Part shown: positions 12,631 through 25,649 of the stretch, in pieces
Numbering within the stretch: the first letter of the stretch is position 1
Layout of the letters: every line of letters begins with the position of its first letter
Notes under the pieces: generated by a model
What the model saw: the letters and a program-made list of their open reading frames with translations, nothing else
What the model was told of the DNA's origin: nothing
Databases searched by the model: none
Translations under genes and position numbers: made by a program
NCBI GenBank assembly: GCA_026770705.1
Contig: JANJGN010000021.1
Coordinates: 90,520,001 to 90,584,000, forward strand
Reading direction: 5' to 3'
Length of the DNA: 64,000 bases
Source of the DNA: Isurus oxyrinchus
Lineage: Eukaryota

Positions 12631-14039
12631 AGTGGGTTGCCATCAGCTCCCAGGAACTCGGTAAAGAAATTTTGTCATGAACCTTGGCAAAACCTTTTGG
12701 CCTTCCAGCTGAGATGCATTGAGAGCAACCTCTTCCTGAGATGGAATTCGTAGAAATGATACGTAATTATCATTGCTCAATGTGGATTGTTGGTTTACGA
12801 GATTTCTGAAGCACTCTTCCTAATGAGAGAGGATATCATGACCATTTGTTTGAATCTAGTTGACATCTTCTGAGACGCTGCATGTCAAACCATGGATTTT
12901 CTTTTCCAGAACTGACCGAAGGCCTTCATTTCGAGACTTCGATCTGGTTTCAAGCAGCTGCATGAAAGGCATCAAACCTGTCTCCGCACCATTCGTTACT
13001 CATCTTTCTGACTTCAGACTGCAGCATGTGTTTACTGCTACCCTACTTGTAATTCATTGCTGGTGGTTTCTTGTCAGATATATAAGATCAGTGAGGCCCG
13101 TGTTCTCCTTATGGAAGCTTACCTGTGTCTTGGTCTTTGTTGCCAAAATAGCATTGGTGCTTCCATGTAAGGAATCGTAGCACTAAGTAACATCTTTGAC
13201 ATGTTCCAAGGTTCTTCATTGCAAAATTGTTTTCCAAGATATGAGCAATCCCTGTGGTTAGTTTGTGTTTCACTTCTTATTTCTTTGCCATTTTAAATAC
13301 TGTTTCTTCCAGCTTCTTTTCTGAATCTTCTCTGTGCCGAAGTGCGCTGGCTTATATCCTCAAAGACACAAAACATCTCACTAGCAAATGGTCCGAACAT
13401 CATTCTGCACGTCAAAAGTTTCCAGTAGGTCACACGTCCTTGACCGTTCTCTTTCATTCATTAATGTAGTCCAATGCGTGCTATTGATTGGATCTGCAGT
13501 TGCATCCAATTGTTTCAATTTGCCTGCTTGTTGAAATTCGGTTTGTTATGGTTACCTCAACATCGCTGCACTTGGAGAGAATATGAATGAATTTTAGTCT
13601 GCTAATACCGTGAAGGCTAATTTCCTACTCCACAAGTTAAAGTATATGTACACTCAGGCATTTAAATCACCAAGAATAATAATTTTCCGCAGGTGGGATA
13701 TTTGCCGAATTAAGTTTCTGAATTGAATATCGAATATTTATTGGACCTAATTTGTATGCGTCATTGTTGGATCATGGGCTTTAATGAGTATTGCATGTGG
13801 TTCGTGGCTATACTAAAACAAAAAATAAATGAGCCGATGGCCGATTCACATAGGAAGAGAGCCAAACTTGCGTTCCAGTATAGATCGAATGGCAAAAAAC
13901 ATGCCTGAATGAAGAGTTTGGTCCTTGGATTGTCAATTCTGTAGAATGTACAACCTGCAACGGCTTCCTTAATTTGAAAAACCTCAGCAAGCCTTGTTTT
14001 ACTTGGGGAGGCTGTGTAGATAGTTTACGTAACTAATAT

Positions 14040-14470
14040 GCTGTCAATGAGAGCTGCTCTTTTTCTGGTCTAGTTTTGACGCCCAAGAAATGCCCTGATA
14101 TTCCTTGAGCCAAGATTCATATGATGGTGAGAAGCTTTCTCGTGGTGAATGGATGACTGCCCAGGAACGATAACCTGACTGCTGCAGAGCGAGAAGGCTG
14201 TTGTTCGGAATAATTTGCTTTCCCTTCCCCGGATTAAGGGGAGTACTGCTGTAGTTGAGAAGTCTCATTTAGTGCCTCAGAACGATACAATCTCCATTTC
14301 TGTCCCGGACAGTCGAGGGTGACTATAATTTGAGGCCATCTGATTGCACGGTTATGACTGAAGGCTGCAAGAATTATCTTCGGCCCACTCCTTCTGTCAC
14401 TCCCAAATCGCCATATCACATGGCATGTCAGATACTTTAATTGATGACTTTGTGAAAAACCTGCACGTTG
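14040..14470 (-). mobile_element. Decayed RTE LINE RT C-terminal fragment (12680-13400 may belong to the same copy)
   Basis: IIVTLDCPGQKWRLYR and IIPNNSLLA resemble RTE VITTLLYGAETWTLYR and RIPNTSVLA. Confidence 0.5.
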
Positions 14471-14997
14471 ATTACATTGAAGTGGGTGGTGTTTGGAAAC
14501 AGCTTGAACCGTTCCCTTATCCAAGGCAGGCAATAAAGCACTGATGAAATGTGGGCAACAAAGGTACCAGCTGGACGGATTCAGGTTCGATTTTGGAGTT
14601 GTTCTTTTTATAAATGAGCTGCTAAACAGGTTGAAGGGGCTAATTTACGCTTCACTGTTCCCATCCCTCCGTTTGGCTAGTTGTGCACTTCCACATTGTC
14701 AGCCAATATATGCATTGCTATTTAACCCACAGCTGGTGGGATGGCGGCGGCGATGGAGGCATGGGGGTGGGCTCCTTGAAATTAGAGTCAAATTCTCCAC
14801 TGTGGACTTTTAATTAAGACATACGAGCCCTAACACCCTGGAGCAATTTACTTCAGAGGGGTGAAACAACTGCCTTTCCACCCCTTCCCAAAGTTTTCAA
14901 CATGGATTGCCAGCTGAGCAGCTGGGTGCGATAATGAGAGGCTATTTGGGGCACTTAACATGTGGAATTTATGTGGATGAATATCATCTCAACTTCC

Positions 14998-15100
14998 AAG
15001 TTCTGTTGAAGGGTCATGAGGATTCGAAACGTGAACTTTGTTCTTCTCCACCAATGCTGCCAGAGCTGCTGAGTCTTTCCAAGTAATTCCGTTGTTGTTT
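14998..15100 (+). mobile_element. Penelope-associated hammerhead-type short repeat
   Basis: agttctgttgaagggtcatgaggattcgaaacgtgaact followed by the gctgccagagctgctgag tail shared with other copies. Confidence 0.65.
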
Positions 15101-15119
15101 CACCTCAACCTCTGTTCAC

Positions 15120-15720
15120 CATCTCGTTCCTTCCCAATCGTTTGACCTTTCAACCTGTCCTACCAAGTTCAATGATTTGTGCACATATGGACCCACGCAC
15201 CTCTGCTCCTGCAACAACTTTAGAATTGTACTTCTTATCGTTTATTTCTCTCCACGCACTTTATACCAAAATGGAACAATTTACAGGCACTGCTATAAAT
15301 TTCTTCTGCCACTTATGCGTCCATTCCACCAACCTCACCACGTATTTTTTTTTTCAAATTCTGTGCTATCTGTCTCACAGTTTAACAATATATCAAGATT
15401 TGTGCAGTGCGTTTTTTAAAAATTGAACACTGTACGCCAAGATGTTTGTCATTAATTTGCATCAGCCAGACCAGGTGTCCTAACACCGACACCTGGGGAA
15501 TGCCACACTAAATTTTCCTGTACTTCAAATAGTGTATGATCATAAACGACAAAACTCTGCTTCCTGTCATATCCAATTTTGTATGCGTGTTCCTACTGTG
15601 CCTTTTATCCCACGATGTCTACCTTTGCTTACAAGTCATTTCTACAGCAATTTATCACATGCCTTTTGGAAGTCCAGGCACACTGCATCAATAAATTAAC
15701 TCTCATCAACATTTTCAGTG
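15120..15720 (-). mobile_element. Old CR1 RT fragment
   Basis: gccttttggaagtcca (DFQKA motif) and acacctggggaatgccac (GIPQ motif) on the minus strand. Confidence 0.65.
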
Positions 15721-16414
15721 AAATTATAAAGAGCAGCAGCTTGTTACCTTAAAATAATTGCCGGCGTGCTGAATTTCATGACCATCTTGTCAAGAAACAG
15801 TGAGAAGGAACCATATTAGAATTGTTCTCTTTAGCCTTTGACCAGCAATAACAATTTTCCATCAGTTGAAATGCGTGCTTTATAAGCCCCATTGATTAAT
15901 TCTCCTTTGTTACCTCAGTGTTACAAGGCATGGTATCGAAATGCTCCCTTTATTCTCCATTAAAAATCACGAATCATGTAGTTGTGTGTACCTTTGGGAA
16001 TCAGTGAAAGATCTAAATCAGACTGGCACTGAAAATCCAGGAGCGGCAGTTAATTTTATGGGTTTTCTGTTCTTCAGAGTAGCACTCCCTTTTATGCTAA
16101 GCCAATGGTTATCGAATTGTATTTTCATTACAATGCCTGAAATATTAATGTTTTTTTCCTGCATGGAAAACATCATAGACACTTTTCCTAGCATTGGACT
16201 TTGCAAGATCTTACCGGTGTACTGATATGCATTCCTTCTGTAGCATTTCTGAAAATAATAGTCATCCAAATAGCAGCATCTGTCAAATTGCGCGATTGGG
16301 GAAAGCTTAAAAACGACTATAAAATTCTAGAGGCAATATAGCAATATGCTAAAATTCTAGATGAAAATCAACGATTTGAAACATATATTCGAAATTAATC
16401 ATTCTTTTTGCCAG

Positions 16415-16441
16415 AAGAAAAGTTGCGACAGAAAGGAGAAG
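16415..16441 (+). CDS. 27-nt symmetric phase-1 micro-exon, (E)EKLRQKGE
   Basis: Acceptor attctttttgccag, donor AAG|gtgagg; purine-rich; 27 nt; open frame. Confidence 0.8.
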
Positions 16442-16637
16442 GTGAGGAAATTAAATGCATAAAACAAAATATTTTCAGTTCCGATTGCCAAATATTGAAG
16501 ACAAATTATTTTTACTTATGAATGAATTAATGTGACTCACGATGAAGCATTAGGCATTATTTTGTAATGAACATTTGTGTTGGAAATATTTCTAATATTA
16601 CAGTTTTACGTAGGTTAGTGGATTTATTATTTTTTAG

Positions 16638-16664
16638 AGCTGGACGAAGAGCTTCGAACAGATG
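16638..16664 (+). CDS. 27-nt symmetric phase-1 micro-exon, (E)LDEELRTD
   Basis: Acceptor tttattattttttag, donor ATG|gtgagt; 27 nt; open frame. Confidence 0.8.
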
Positions 16665-17609
16665 GTGAGTAAACGTAAGGCATTTCACAATAGATCACTG
16701 AATATTAGTGCTTACATATCTCCTGAAATAAGAACAAGTTCATGATTTGCATACATTATTTTATTGTTGATTTCACCGTGAATGTAAAGGTCTATCTAAG
16801 GGCAAGCATAAGAATTACTTATATGCAGTAAATGAGCGGTAGTTAGGCATGTCTCCCAAACAATGCTCTCTTCATGTTAAATCCTGGAACAACGTTGAGA
16901 AACAGCAGGACTGGTTTGTTTTTCGTCTTGATCTCTATACGATGGTACCTGAAAGGCTCTGGCATAAAAACAAGCTTTTCCTTTATTTCTGCAGTATCAT
17001 TAATAGAATTTTTTCAATGACCATGGTATAAAGACAAATGTGTTATCAAGGACAATATGAACCGGATTAATGAATGGGGACGGTTGGAGAGGAAAATAGT
17101 TGTGACATCGGAAAAATGCTGAAATGTGGTTTAGGATTGATGGAGGTACAAAATACAGTTAGACTGTTGGGCAATAGAAATGTTGGAGAATCGGATGTCT
17201 GTTTTCACTATCAATTTTTTGCTAGCGTTGCGGTGGACAGAAAAAAAATCTGAGAGATTGCAAATTATTGTCGATTCTGATGTGATTATTTTGTGCTGCA
17301 CCACAAGCCACATTAATACGCAAAAAGGAACGAGGTCAGTTTTGAATCATCCGTTGACTGGAGAAAGCATAATTTTAAAAGGGCATCTTATCGTCCACAA
17401 GGTGACATTAATTGATCTACTTATTATGCGCTGTTAATTTATTTCTTTTCCATTTCGCTAAAAGTCAAAAGAGTGCAAATTGAGCAGCCAACTTTTTGTC
17501 ATATAATTTCAAGTGTCCCTTTTAACTATTTGAATAACTAGATAATCTTCATATTAGAAATATGGATACCCGATATTTCTAAAACCTAATGAATTAAATA
17601 AGAAACAAT

Positions 17610-18890
17610 GAAGATGGCAGGGAAGGTGATGTGATGCAACAGTAGTATGTGGGATCTGGTGGACAACTATGTGCTTCAAAGCAACCTCATTCCAAGAAAA
17701 TTGAATGCCAATTTCACCCATAAAAAAGCAGTGACTACTACCTAAACGTAATTCGTTTTGGTCAAAGAGTTTTGTGATGCCCTGACGTCATGAATGCTAT
17801 TTTTTAATTGTGAATATTTCTTATTTCTTGTTTCCTTATGTCTGCTTTTGTTTGAGGAATGTGATATTTGGTTCAGCAGCTCGAGGATCTTCAGATGAAC
17901 TGGATTCCAAGCTTCAAGAAGAGTGATAAATCAGGAGGGGTACCCTTAAGATAGGAACTTCAGATTTGGCCAACGGTCATGCATAGGATGTAAATGTAAG
18001 AGACGCAATTATGAATGTCGATAAAGTAGAGCAACTGCAATGACAGGTACAATGTTCTTCAAGCTTGTGTGCACCAGAGAAGGAAAGAGATAACTAGAAA
18101 ACCGATTAAAACACGGTCGTGCACATGGGCTTTCAACTCTGCAGGGTAAAAGGGAATGTAGATTCTGAGAGGAAAAGCAGTTAGCGGCGATAGATAGTCT
18201 TTTCAGCAGCCAATAGCATGAGTACCGAAGGTGATGTTGCCTGCCCGGTATAAGGTACAAGGATATCTCTTCGTGCTCGAAGAATTTAGAAATGGTGGGA
18301 GAGAATCCAGTTGTCATGGTCCACCTGAGTACCAAAAGTATAGAATACTCAGAAGGAGTGTCTGCTGAGAGACTGTGAACAGCTAGGGGCAAATTAAAAT
18401 GTGGAACTGTTATGGGAATAAACATCTGATTCCGACCTGACCAAGATAAAATTGGAGTAGAATAAATAAGATTAGAAAGTTCAACGCATGGCTCAAGGAA
18501 TGGTGTGGGAGAAATGAGTTTCGATTTGTGGTCTCATGGTAGAAACAGTGAGCTGAACTTTTGTGATGGCTTTCACCCAAACTGTGCTGCAATCGCTGCC
18601 TTGGTGAATCATATTCATATGACTGGAGGGTCGATTTTATATGATACAGTGGGGCTGAGTTCACGAGGGATGGGATTTGGAGTTTTAAAGTGAAATTAAA
18701 TGGCAACTGCATAGGACAATGTGAGAGGTGATGATAACCATAGTGTGAAGGAAGGGACAGAAAATACAGAGATAAGGGAACACGAGCAAAATAGTTCCGA
18801 GTCTGGAAAATGATATTTAACGTCAAAATTAAACAAACTTCATCTGAATGCAAGCAGCATTTGTTACAATAAGGGTGATTGATTTGCACA
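17610..18890 (+). mobile_element. CR1 5' part (ORF1 and start of ORF2), decayed
   Basis: atggcagggaaggtgatgtg start; tgttgcctgcccggt (CCLPG) and ttcaacgcatggctcaaggaatggtgt (NAWLKEWC) ORF1 motifs. Confidence 0.7.
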
Positions 18891-19920
18891 AAGAAGGTTC
18901 TGATATCACAAAGGAAGATGCTTGTGGTTGCTGGAGGTCTGTGTACTCAGCTCCAGTACATCCCTGCAGGAGTTTCTCAGGGTGGTACACTCGGCTCAAC
19001 CACCTTCAGCTGATTCATCAATGACCTTTGTTCCTTCATAAGATCAGAAGTGGTGATGTTTGCTGATGTTTGCACAATGTTTAGCACCGTTTGTGACGTA
19101 TCAGACACTGAAGCAGCCCATGTTGAAGTGCAACAAGACCTGTACAATATCAAGGCTTGGGCAGGCAAGTGGCAAGTAACATTCGCACCACTCAAATGCC
19201 AGGCAATGACTGTCTGCATCAAAAGTGAAGCTAGCCACCGCCCCCTGGCGTTCAATGGCTTTACCATCACTGAATCCCCCACTATCAACATCCTGGGTTT
19301 TGTCATTGAAAAGAAACTGAACTGGACTAGCCATAGAAATATTGTGGCTACAACAGCAGTAAGAGACTAGAAATCCTGTGATGGGTCACTCTCATCCTGA
19401 CTCCCCAAAGCCTTTCCACCATCTACAAGCGTAGGTCAGGAGTGTGATGGAAAACTCCCTACTTGCCTGGATGAGTGCAGCTCCCACAACACTAAAGAAG
19501 CCTGGCACCATGCAGGACAATGCAGCCCACTTGATTGGCTCCACATCCACAAGGGAATACACTCACTCCAACACTAAAACATGCTCTGCAAGAATTCACC
19601 AAGGCTCCTTACGCAGCACCTTCAAAACACATCACCACTTCCAACCAGAAGGACAAGGGAAGCAGATAGATGGGAATACCACCACCTGGAAGTTTCCTTC
19701 CAAGTCAGTCACCTTCCTGACTTGAAATATATCGTCGTTCCTTCACTATTGCTGGATCAAAATCCTGGAACTTCCTCCCTAATAGCACAGTGCGTTTATC
19801 TACGCCACACGGACTGCAGCGATTCAAAGAAGGAAGCTCGGCACCACCTTCTGAAGGGCAACTAGGGATAGACAATAAATGCTGGTGCAACTATCGCAGG
19901 ATATCCCAAGAATGAATAAA
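18890..19920 (+). mobile_element. CR1/L2-group LINE 3' fragment, second family
   Basis: MFADVCTMF..QQDLYNIKAWAGKWQVTFAPLKCQAM; tail agggcaactagggat..aataaatgctgg. Confidence 0.88.
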
Positions 19921-20219
19921 TACAAGCCATGACAAATATGAAGTTGCAAAGTGGAGATATCTGTAACACAAACTACGTAAGTCATTTGACATTTCCGAAG
20001 AAAATGAATTAATGAAAACGATGTGGTCTGGCTTTGTTATAAATGCATGAGACCAGTGCTGCATAGAAACAATGGTTTATGTTTGGAGGATTAAAATGTC
20101 GATTCACTTGGTTGGAGATAAGATACAGCAAGTGAAATAGTGACTGGCAGGGGTACATTATAGATATCCCGAGGGTACTTCCACTACAGTGCCTAATTGA
20201 ATATATGTGGATATTGGTG

Positions 20220-21640
20220 TCTAGGCTAGCATTTATTGTCCATCAGTAATTACCCTCGAGCAGGTGATCGTGAGCTGTCTTCCTGAACCACTACAGTCGA
20301 TGTGGTTGAAGGTACAGCTACTGTCCTATTAAGGAGGGTGTTCTAAGATATTGACTCAGTGTCAGCGAAGGAACAATTATTTATTTCCAAGTCAGAATAT
20401 TCTATGGCTTGGAGGGGAACTTCCATGTGGTGGTGCTACCATGTGCCTGCTGTCCCTGTCCATATATACGGTAGGGACTGGCGATTTGAAAAGTGATCTA
20501 TCATGAGCCTTGGTGAGTTCATGCAATGCATATTGTAGCTTAAATACAATGCGGTCATTATGCGTTGGTGTCGGAGGGAAAGCAAATTTGTGAAAGGGGC
20601 GCCAATTATGTGGGCTTCTTTGTCCAAAATAGGTCAAGTTATTGAGTGTTGTTGGAGCTGTACTCATCCAGCCAAATAGAGATATTCCTGACCTGTGTTT
20701 TGTAGATGAAGGACAACCATTGGAGAGGAGGTTAGTTGCTAGCCGCAGGATTTCTCGGCTCTGACCAGCTCTTTAGGCCACATTACTTATTTGTCTAGTC
20801 AACTTCTGCTTCTGCTTAATAGTAGCCTAATGATTGTTGAAAGTGGAGGATTCAGTGACAATAATGCCAGCCAACGTCGTAGGATGATATTTAGATTATC
20901 TCTTGTTGGAGATGGTCATTGCCTGCCACTTGTGTGGCGCCAATATTGCTATCTACTTAGCAGACCGAGCCTGGATATTATCCAGGTTTTGCTGAGTTAG
21001 GACATGGACGCTTTAAGTATCTGAGAAGTAGTGAACATCGTGCAATCATGAGTAAAACATCCCCTCTTTGGGCACTATGATGGAAGGAAGGTGATTGATG
21101 GAGCAGATGGAAATGGCTGGGGCTTGGACACTAACCATAGGAACTCTTGCAGTGATGTCCTGGAACTGAGATGAGTAACCTCCAACACCACAACCACCTT
21201 CCTTTGTGCTAGATATCACCCGAACCAACGGAGAGTTCTCCACCCCCCGCCCCTTACCCCCCACCTCTACTCTCTATTACCATTCTCTCCAGTTTTGCAT
21301 GGGCCCCCTGATGTCACATTTGGTCAAATGCTGTCTTGATGCCAACGCCAGTCACTCTCCACATACATATGGAGATCATCTCTTTTGTCCATGTTTGAAC
21401 TAAGGCTGTAATGAGGTCAGGATCTTAGTGAAACTTTGGAACCCAAACTGAGCGTCACTGATCAGGTTATTGTTAAGCAAGTACCTTTTAGTGGCAACGT
21501 GGATCACTCCTTTACTGATGATTTTGGTAGTCGACTCATGGGGCGGTAATTGGCCTGTTTGGATATTTCCTCCTCTTTGCATGTAGGACAGACTTGGCCA
21601 ATTCCCCAAATTGCTGTGTAGGTATCAGTGTTGGCTAAAC
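20220..21640 (-). mobile_element. Inverted copy of the LINE family at 18890-19920
   Basis: gctagcatttattgtccatc..taattaccct tail; LLNNNLISDAQFGF; homologous to 18890-19920 in reverse. Confidence 0.85.
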
Positions 21641-23200
21641 TAATTGAGGTTTACCATACAAGTACTGTAATGTCCATGGGGGCTGCGGGGTTGTTAATTG
21701 TTCTATTGAGGACGAATTAAAAAGGCAAGGCTAATCTTGAGGATTTGTACATATCATGTACTCGACACAGTTCTTTTAGAACAGAAAAGCCTCTAGTACG
21801 TCGGGGAATACCTTCTTTAAAAGTGAAAATGTGTAAGGAGACAGGAATAATTAATGAGCTCATAGTAAAGAACCTGCTAAGTGATCATAATATTGTACAA
21901 TTTCATGTTCCATTTGACTCTGAGAAACTTAGTTTTGAAAGTGGAGTTTCAATTTTATTTCAGGCAATTAGAAGGGATGAATACAAGATTAGCTAAAGTG
22001 CACTGGAAACAGGCAAGAAACGCTGTAGAATACTCGTTAATTCAGACATTGGAGGAGATATTTCACTCTCAAGAAGTCTGTATCCCATTTAGAATAAAAG
22101 ACAAAATGAGGAGTATGCAATATTTGTGACTAACTACGTAAATTAAACACAGAGATAAAGACAAAACAAAACTGCGGATGCTGGAAATCCAAAACAAAAA
22201 CAGAATTACCTGGAAATTAAGGATGATATAAAATTCAAAGAAAAGAAGTACATGGAGCAGAGATTACTGACAACCCAGAAGATAGAGGATTTTTGTTTAG
22301 AAACAAACATAAAATGACTAACATCAATAAGAATAAAAATGGAGAATTGTAGCATGAGAATAAACTAGCATTTCGAAGATAAGCCATTGTTTCTCTGAGG
22401 GGCGTTGAGTGCTCGATTGGCTGAAGGGACTACTGTCATTCCTATTTCCCATGTTTTTATGTTCTTGTCTAAGCAAACAGGAAGTAAAATATTCTTCACT
22501 TATATAAAGAAAAATAAAGGAATATTGAAATGAACATTCCTCAAGGATGACGAGAGTGGGAATTAATAATGAGAAAGAAGCAAAGGGAGGAGACTTTGGA
22601 CACCCGTTTTGCATCTGTCATGAAAGTAGAAGGCATAAAACACGTCAGATGAAGAGGAGAAAATGAAGAGGCAAAAGAGGAAACAAACTTAACACAATCA
22701 TGGTCATCAGTGAAAAGGTACTGAGGGAAAATGGCACTAATGGATATAAATTCAAAAGAAATTGATGGCTTCCCTCTGGCGTCACAAAAAAGTAGGCCGC
22801 AGAGATAATGGCTGCATTGATTGTGAACTTCCAAATTTACTATTTAGTCTCTGGAAACAATCGAGCGTATTATGAAATTGCAAATGTGACAGCTTTACTC
22901 GATAAATGAGGTAAATAAAGCAGTACAACTACACCTCAAAAGGCATAGGACACGCTATTGGATAAGTGCCTGATGTCATTTTTAAGGAAGGAGCATCAGG
23001 ACATTTAGAAAGGCAAAATTCAATCAGACAGACCGAATACAGTTCTGTTTGCATATTTGGACAACTTTATTAGAGTTCCTGAGCTTGTGCTAAGCACGGT
23101 GTATCAATGCTTGCCAGTAGTTAAAAAAAAAACATTTTTATAGTGCTGCATAAATGATCAGGTCATAAAGCAGGGGTTCATGATTTCGGGTGCTGTGTTA
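21640..23200 (+). mobile_element. Decayed CR1 ORF2 fragment with small nested insertions
   Basis: LSDHNIVQF motif; ttgcaaatgtgacagctttactc (ANVT-L motif); 67-bp insert 22147-22213 between aaattaa repeats. Confidence 0.7.
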
Positions 23201-23219
23201 AATAATTTTCAAGAATGTG

Positions 23220-24110
23220 AGAAATAGGAATAGCATCAGCCATACGGAGCACCAAGCCCACTTCACCATGAAATGAGAAAGTAGACGTTCTTGACTTTAA
23301 CATCAATTTCCTGTCAGGCCACATAACATTTAACTCCATTTTCAAACAATTATAGATCTAAACTGAAATATATCCAATAGCCTCGCTTGCACTAGTCCCC
23401 AGGAAAGATGTTTTCAAAAACTATGGGCCTTCAGAGAGATGAAACTCTTCCTAATACCCTACGTAAAGAACAGAGCCATTACTTTTAAACTGTTACCCAT
23501 ATTTTGAAGTTCCCTCACACAAGGAAACATTCTTACAGCACTTAGCTTGTCAAGCCTCCTCAATATCTAATATGTTTCAAAAATAGCACATCTAATTCAT
23601 TTAAACTCCAAGGTGTTTTGGAACAACCTGCCCAAAGTTTTCACATAGGACAAACTCCTGCTCCCAGGAATTAGAATACCGAACCTTCTTTGAACTAATT
23701 TGAGTGTAAGTATACACATACTTAACTAAGGTTACTAAAACTGTACAGGTTTGTCCAGGCGTGGTATGTCCACTTTTGACTCTATCCCCCTGCAATACAG
23801 GCCAACGTTCCAATTAGCCATCCAAATTTATTTCTGTGCCTGCATGCTGACTTTTTTCTGATTCATGTACAAGGACATGCAGGCTCGTACGTATCACAGC
23901 ATTTTACAGTTTATCCCGATTTAAATAATGTTATATGTTTCTATACTTCAGGCAAAAGCTGTCAGTCAAACATTTTCCCAAGTTATGCAACATCTCTTTT
24001 TTTTTTGCCTACATACTGAACATATCTATGTCTCTTTGCGGGCTCGTTTTAGATCCTTTTCACTACCTGCTTAGCCACCAATCGTTGGTATAATCAGCAA
24101 ATTTGATTGG
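23220..24110 (-). mobile_element. Decayed CR1 3' fragment (appears to resume at 24400-24600 and 25950-26250)
   Basis: gattcatgtacaaggaca and tataatcagcaaattt (KFADY) motifs; CR1 3' tail near 23225. Confidence 0.65.
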
Positions 24111-24113
24111 AAT

Positions 24114-24400
24114 ACTCTGAAGAAGAGTCATACGGACTGGAAACATTTACTCTGTCTTTATCTCCACAGAACAAAAACAGAATTACCTGGAAAAACTCAG
24201 CAGGTTTAGCAGCATCGGCAGAGCAGAAAAAAGTTGATGTTTCATTGACTCTTTTCTTCTCCGCCGATGCTGCCAGACCTGCTGGGTTTTTCCAGGTAAT
24301 TCTGTTTTTGTTTTGGATTTCCAACATCCACAGTTTTTAGTTTTTATCTCTTTGTCTCCACAGATGCTGTCAGACCTGCTGATTTGTTCCATCATTGTTA
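24114..24400. repeat. Nested palindromic Penelope-associated short elements
   Basis: Inverted arms 24170-24240 and 24243-24312 inside a hammerhead-type copy; tctccacaga repeated at 24161 and 24355. Confidence 0.8.
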
Positions 24401-24614
24401 TTGTTTTGTCTGTGTGACTAGCATACGGTCGTCCCTTTCATCTTAATAATTTCTAAACATCATAAACAGTTAGGCCCCCTGCACTGTTTCCTGTTGTAAT
24501 TCATTAATTGCCATTTGTCATCCTGAAAGTGAACAATGCATTCCTACTCTCAGTGTCCTCTTACTTAGCTAGTCATATTTCCATGCATAAATATCACCTT
24601 CAACACGATACAGC

Positions 24615-25550
24615 TCATTGCATCCCACTCGACTCCTCTATCACTCCCAACCCCTCGTCCCATTCATATGACAACTTCCAATGCAACTGCAAGAGGCGCA
24701 ACCCCTGTCCTTTTACCTACTCTCTCCCCACCATTCAAGGTTAAAAGTATTGCATTCAGGTGAAGCAGAGATTCAACACAATTTTTTTTCAATTCTGTCT
24801 ACTGCATTCACCACTCACAATGAGATATTATCTATATTGGGGAGGCTAAAAGCAGACTTGGTGGCCACTTTGTGGAACACCTTTTCTGAGCCCACAATCA
24901 TGCACCGACCTTCCTATCATTTGCCATTTCCTTTCACCATGCTCCTCTCAAGCTCACATCTCGGCCCTTGGCATGCTATTTTTCGTCTAAAGCCAAGCTC
25001 AAACTGGAGGAACGGAACCCTCATGTTTTGATCAGGCACTTCAGAGCCTGCTAATTTTAACATTGTGTTCAGACCATTTATTCGGTCCTCCATTTTGATG
25101 TTTTTCCACCTCACTCCCCAGCACTCCATCGTCCTCCTACGAAGTGTGAGCCAATGAATTGCCCTCATGCAGTGCTTTCTGAAGGTGCTGACTCTTGGTC
25201 TGCATTAACAAATTCTGATTCCAGACCATTATGCCACTTTTCACACCTGATTTTTTTCTTTAAAAAATCATTGCAGCTCCCTTTGTCTTGTGTCCATGGC
25301 ATGTTTGTCATTTTATCTCTCCTGATCTCCAACCTATCCCCGACCAATTTTGCTCCACCTGCTGGACCCTCCCTTTTCAACACCATAAAACCCATCACAA
25401 TTATACTTTTCTTCAGCTCTGAAAAAGAGTCACAAGGGCTTTTTTTTAACGCTGCTTCTCTCTTCACAAATACTGTCAGGCCTGATGAGAATTTCTGGTT
25501 TTTATGATCTTATTTCAGAATTCCATTATTTGTGGTATTTTGTTTTTTTT
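24615..25550 (+). mobile_element. Penelope-like element 3' fragment (GIY-YIG endonuclease and terminal repeat)
   Basis: FQCNCKRRNPCPFTYSLPTIQG, then VYCI..IYIGEAKSRLGGHFVEHL; ends with ctgaaaaagagtca hammerhead relic. Confidence 0.85.
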
Positions 25551-25649
25551 GTAATGTAATGTGTAATTTTTTGCAACATTTTTCTTTTTCATGGAAGGTA
25601 AACAAATTGTTTTCTGAAATCCTAACAAGATTGATCTCCTTGAACAACC

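Noticed and set aside
17867-17916. Exon-like segment ARGSSDELDSKLQEE-stop after ttcag
   Set aside because: It lies within the CR1 ORF1 remnant (QLEDL motif) and has no good donor
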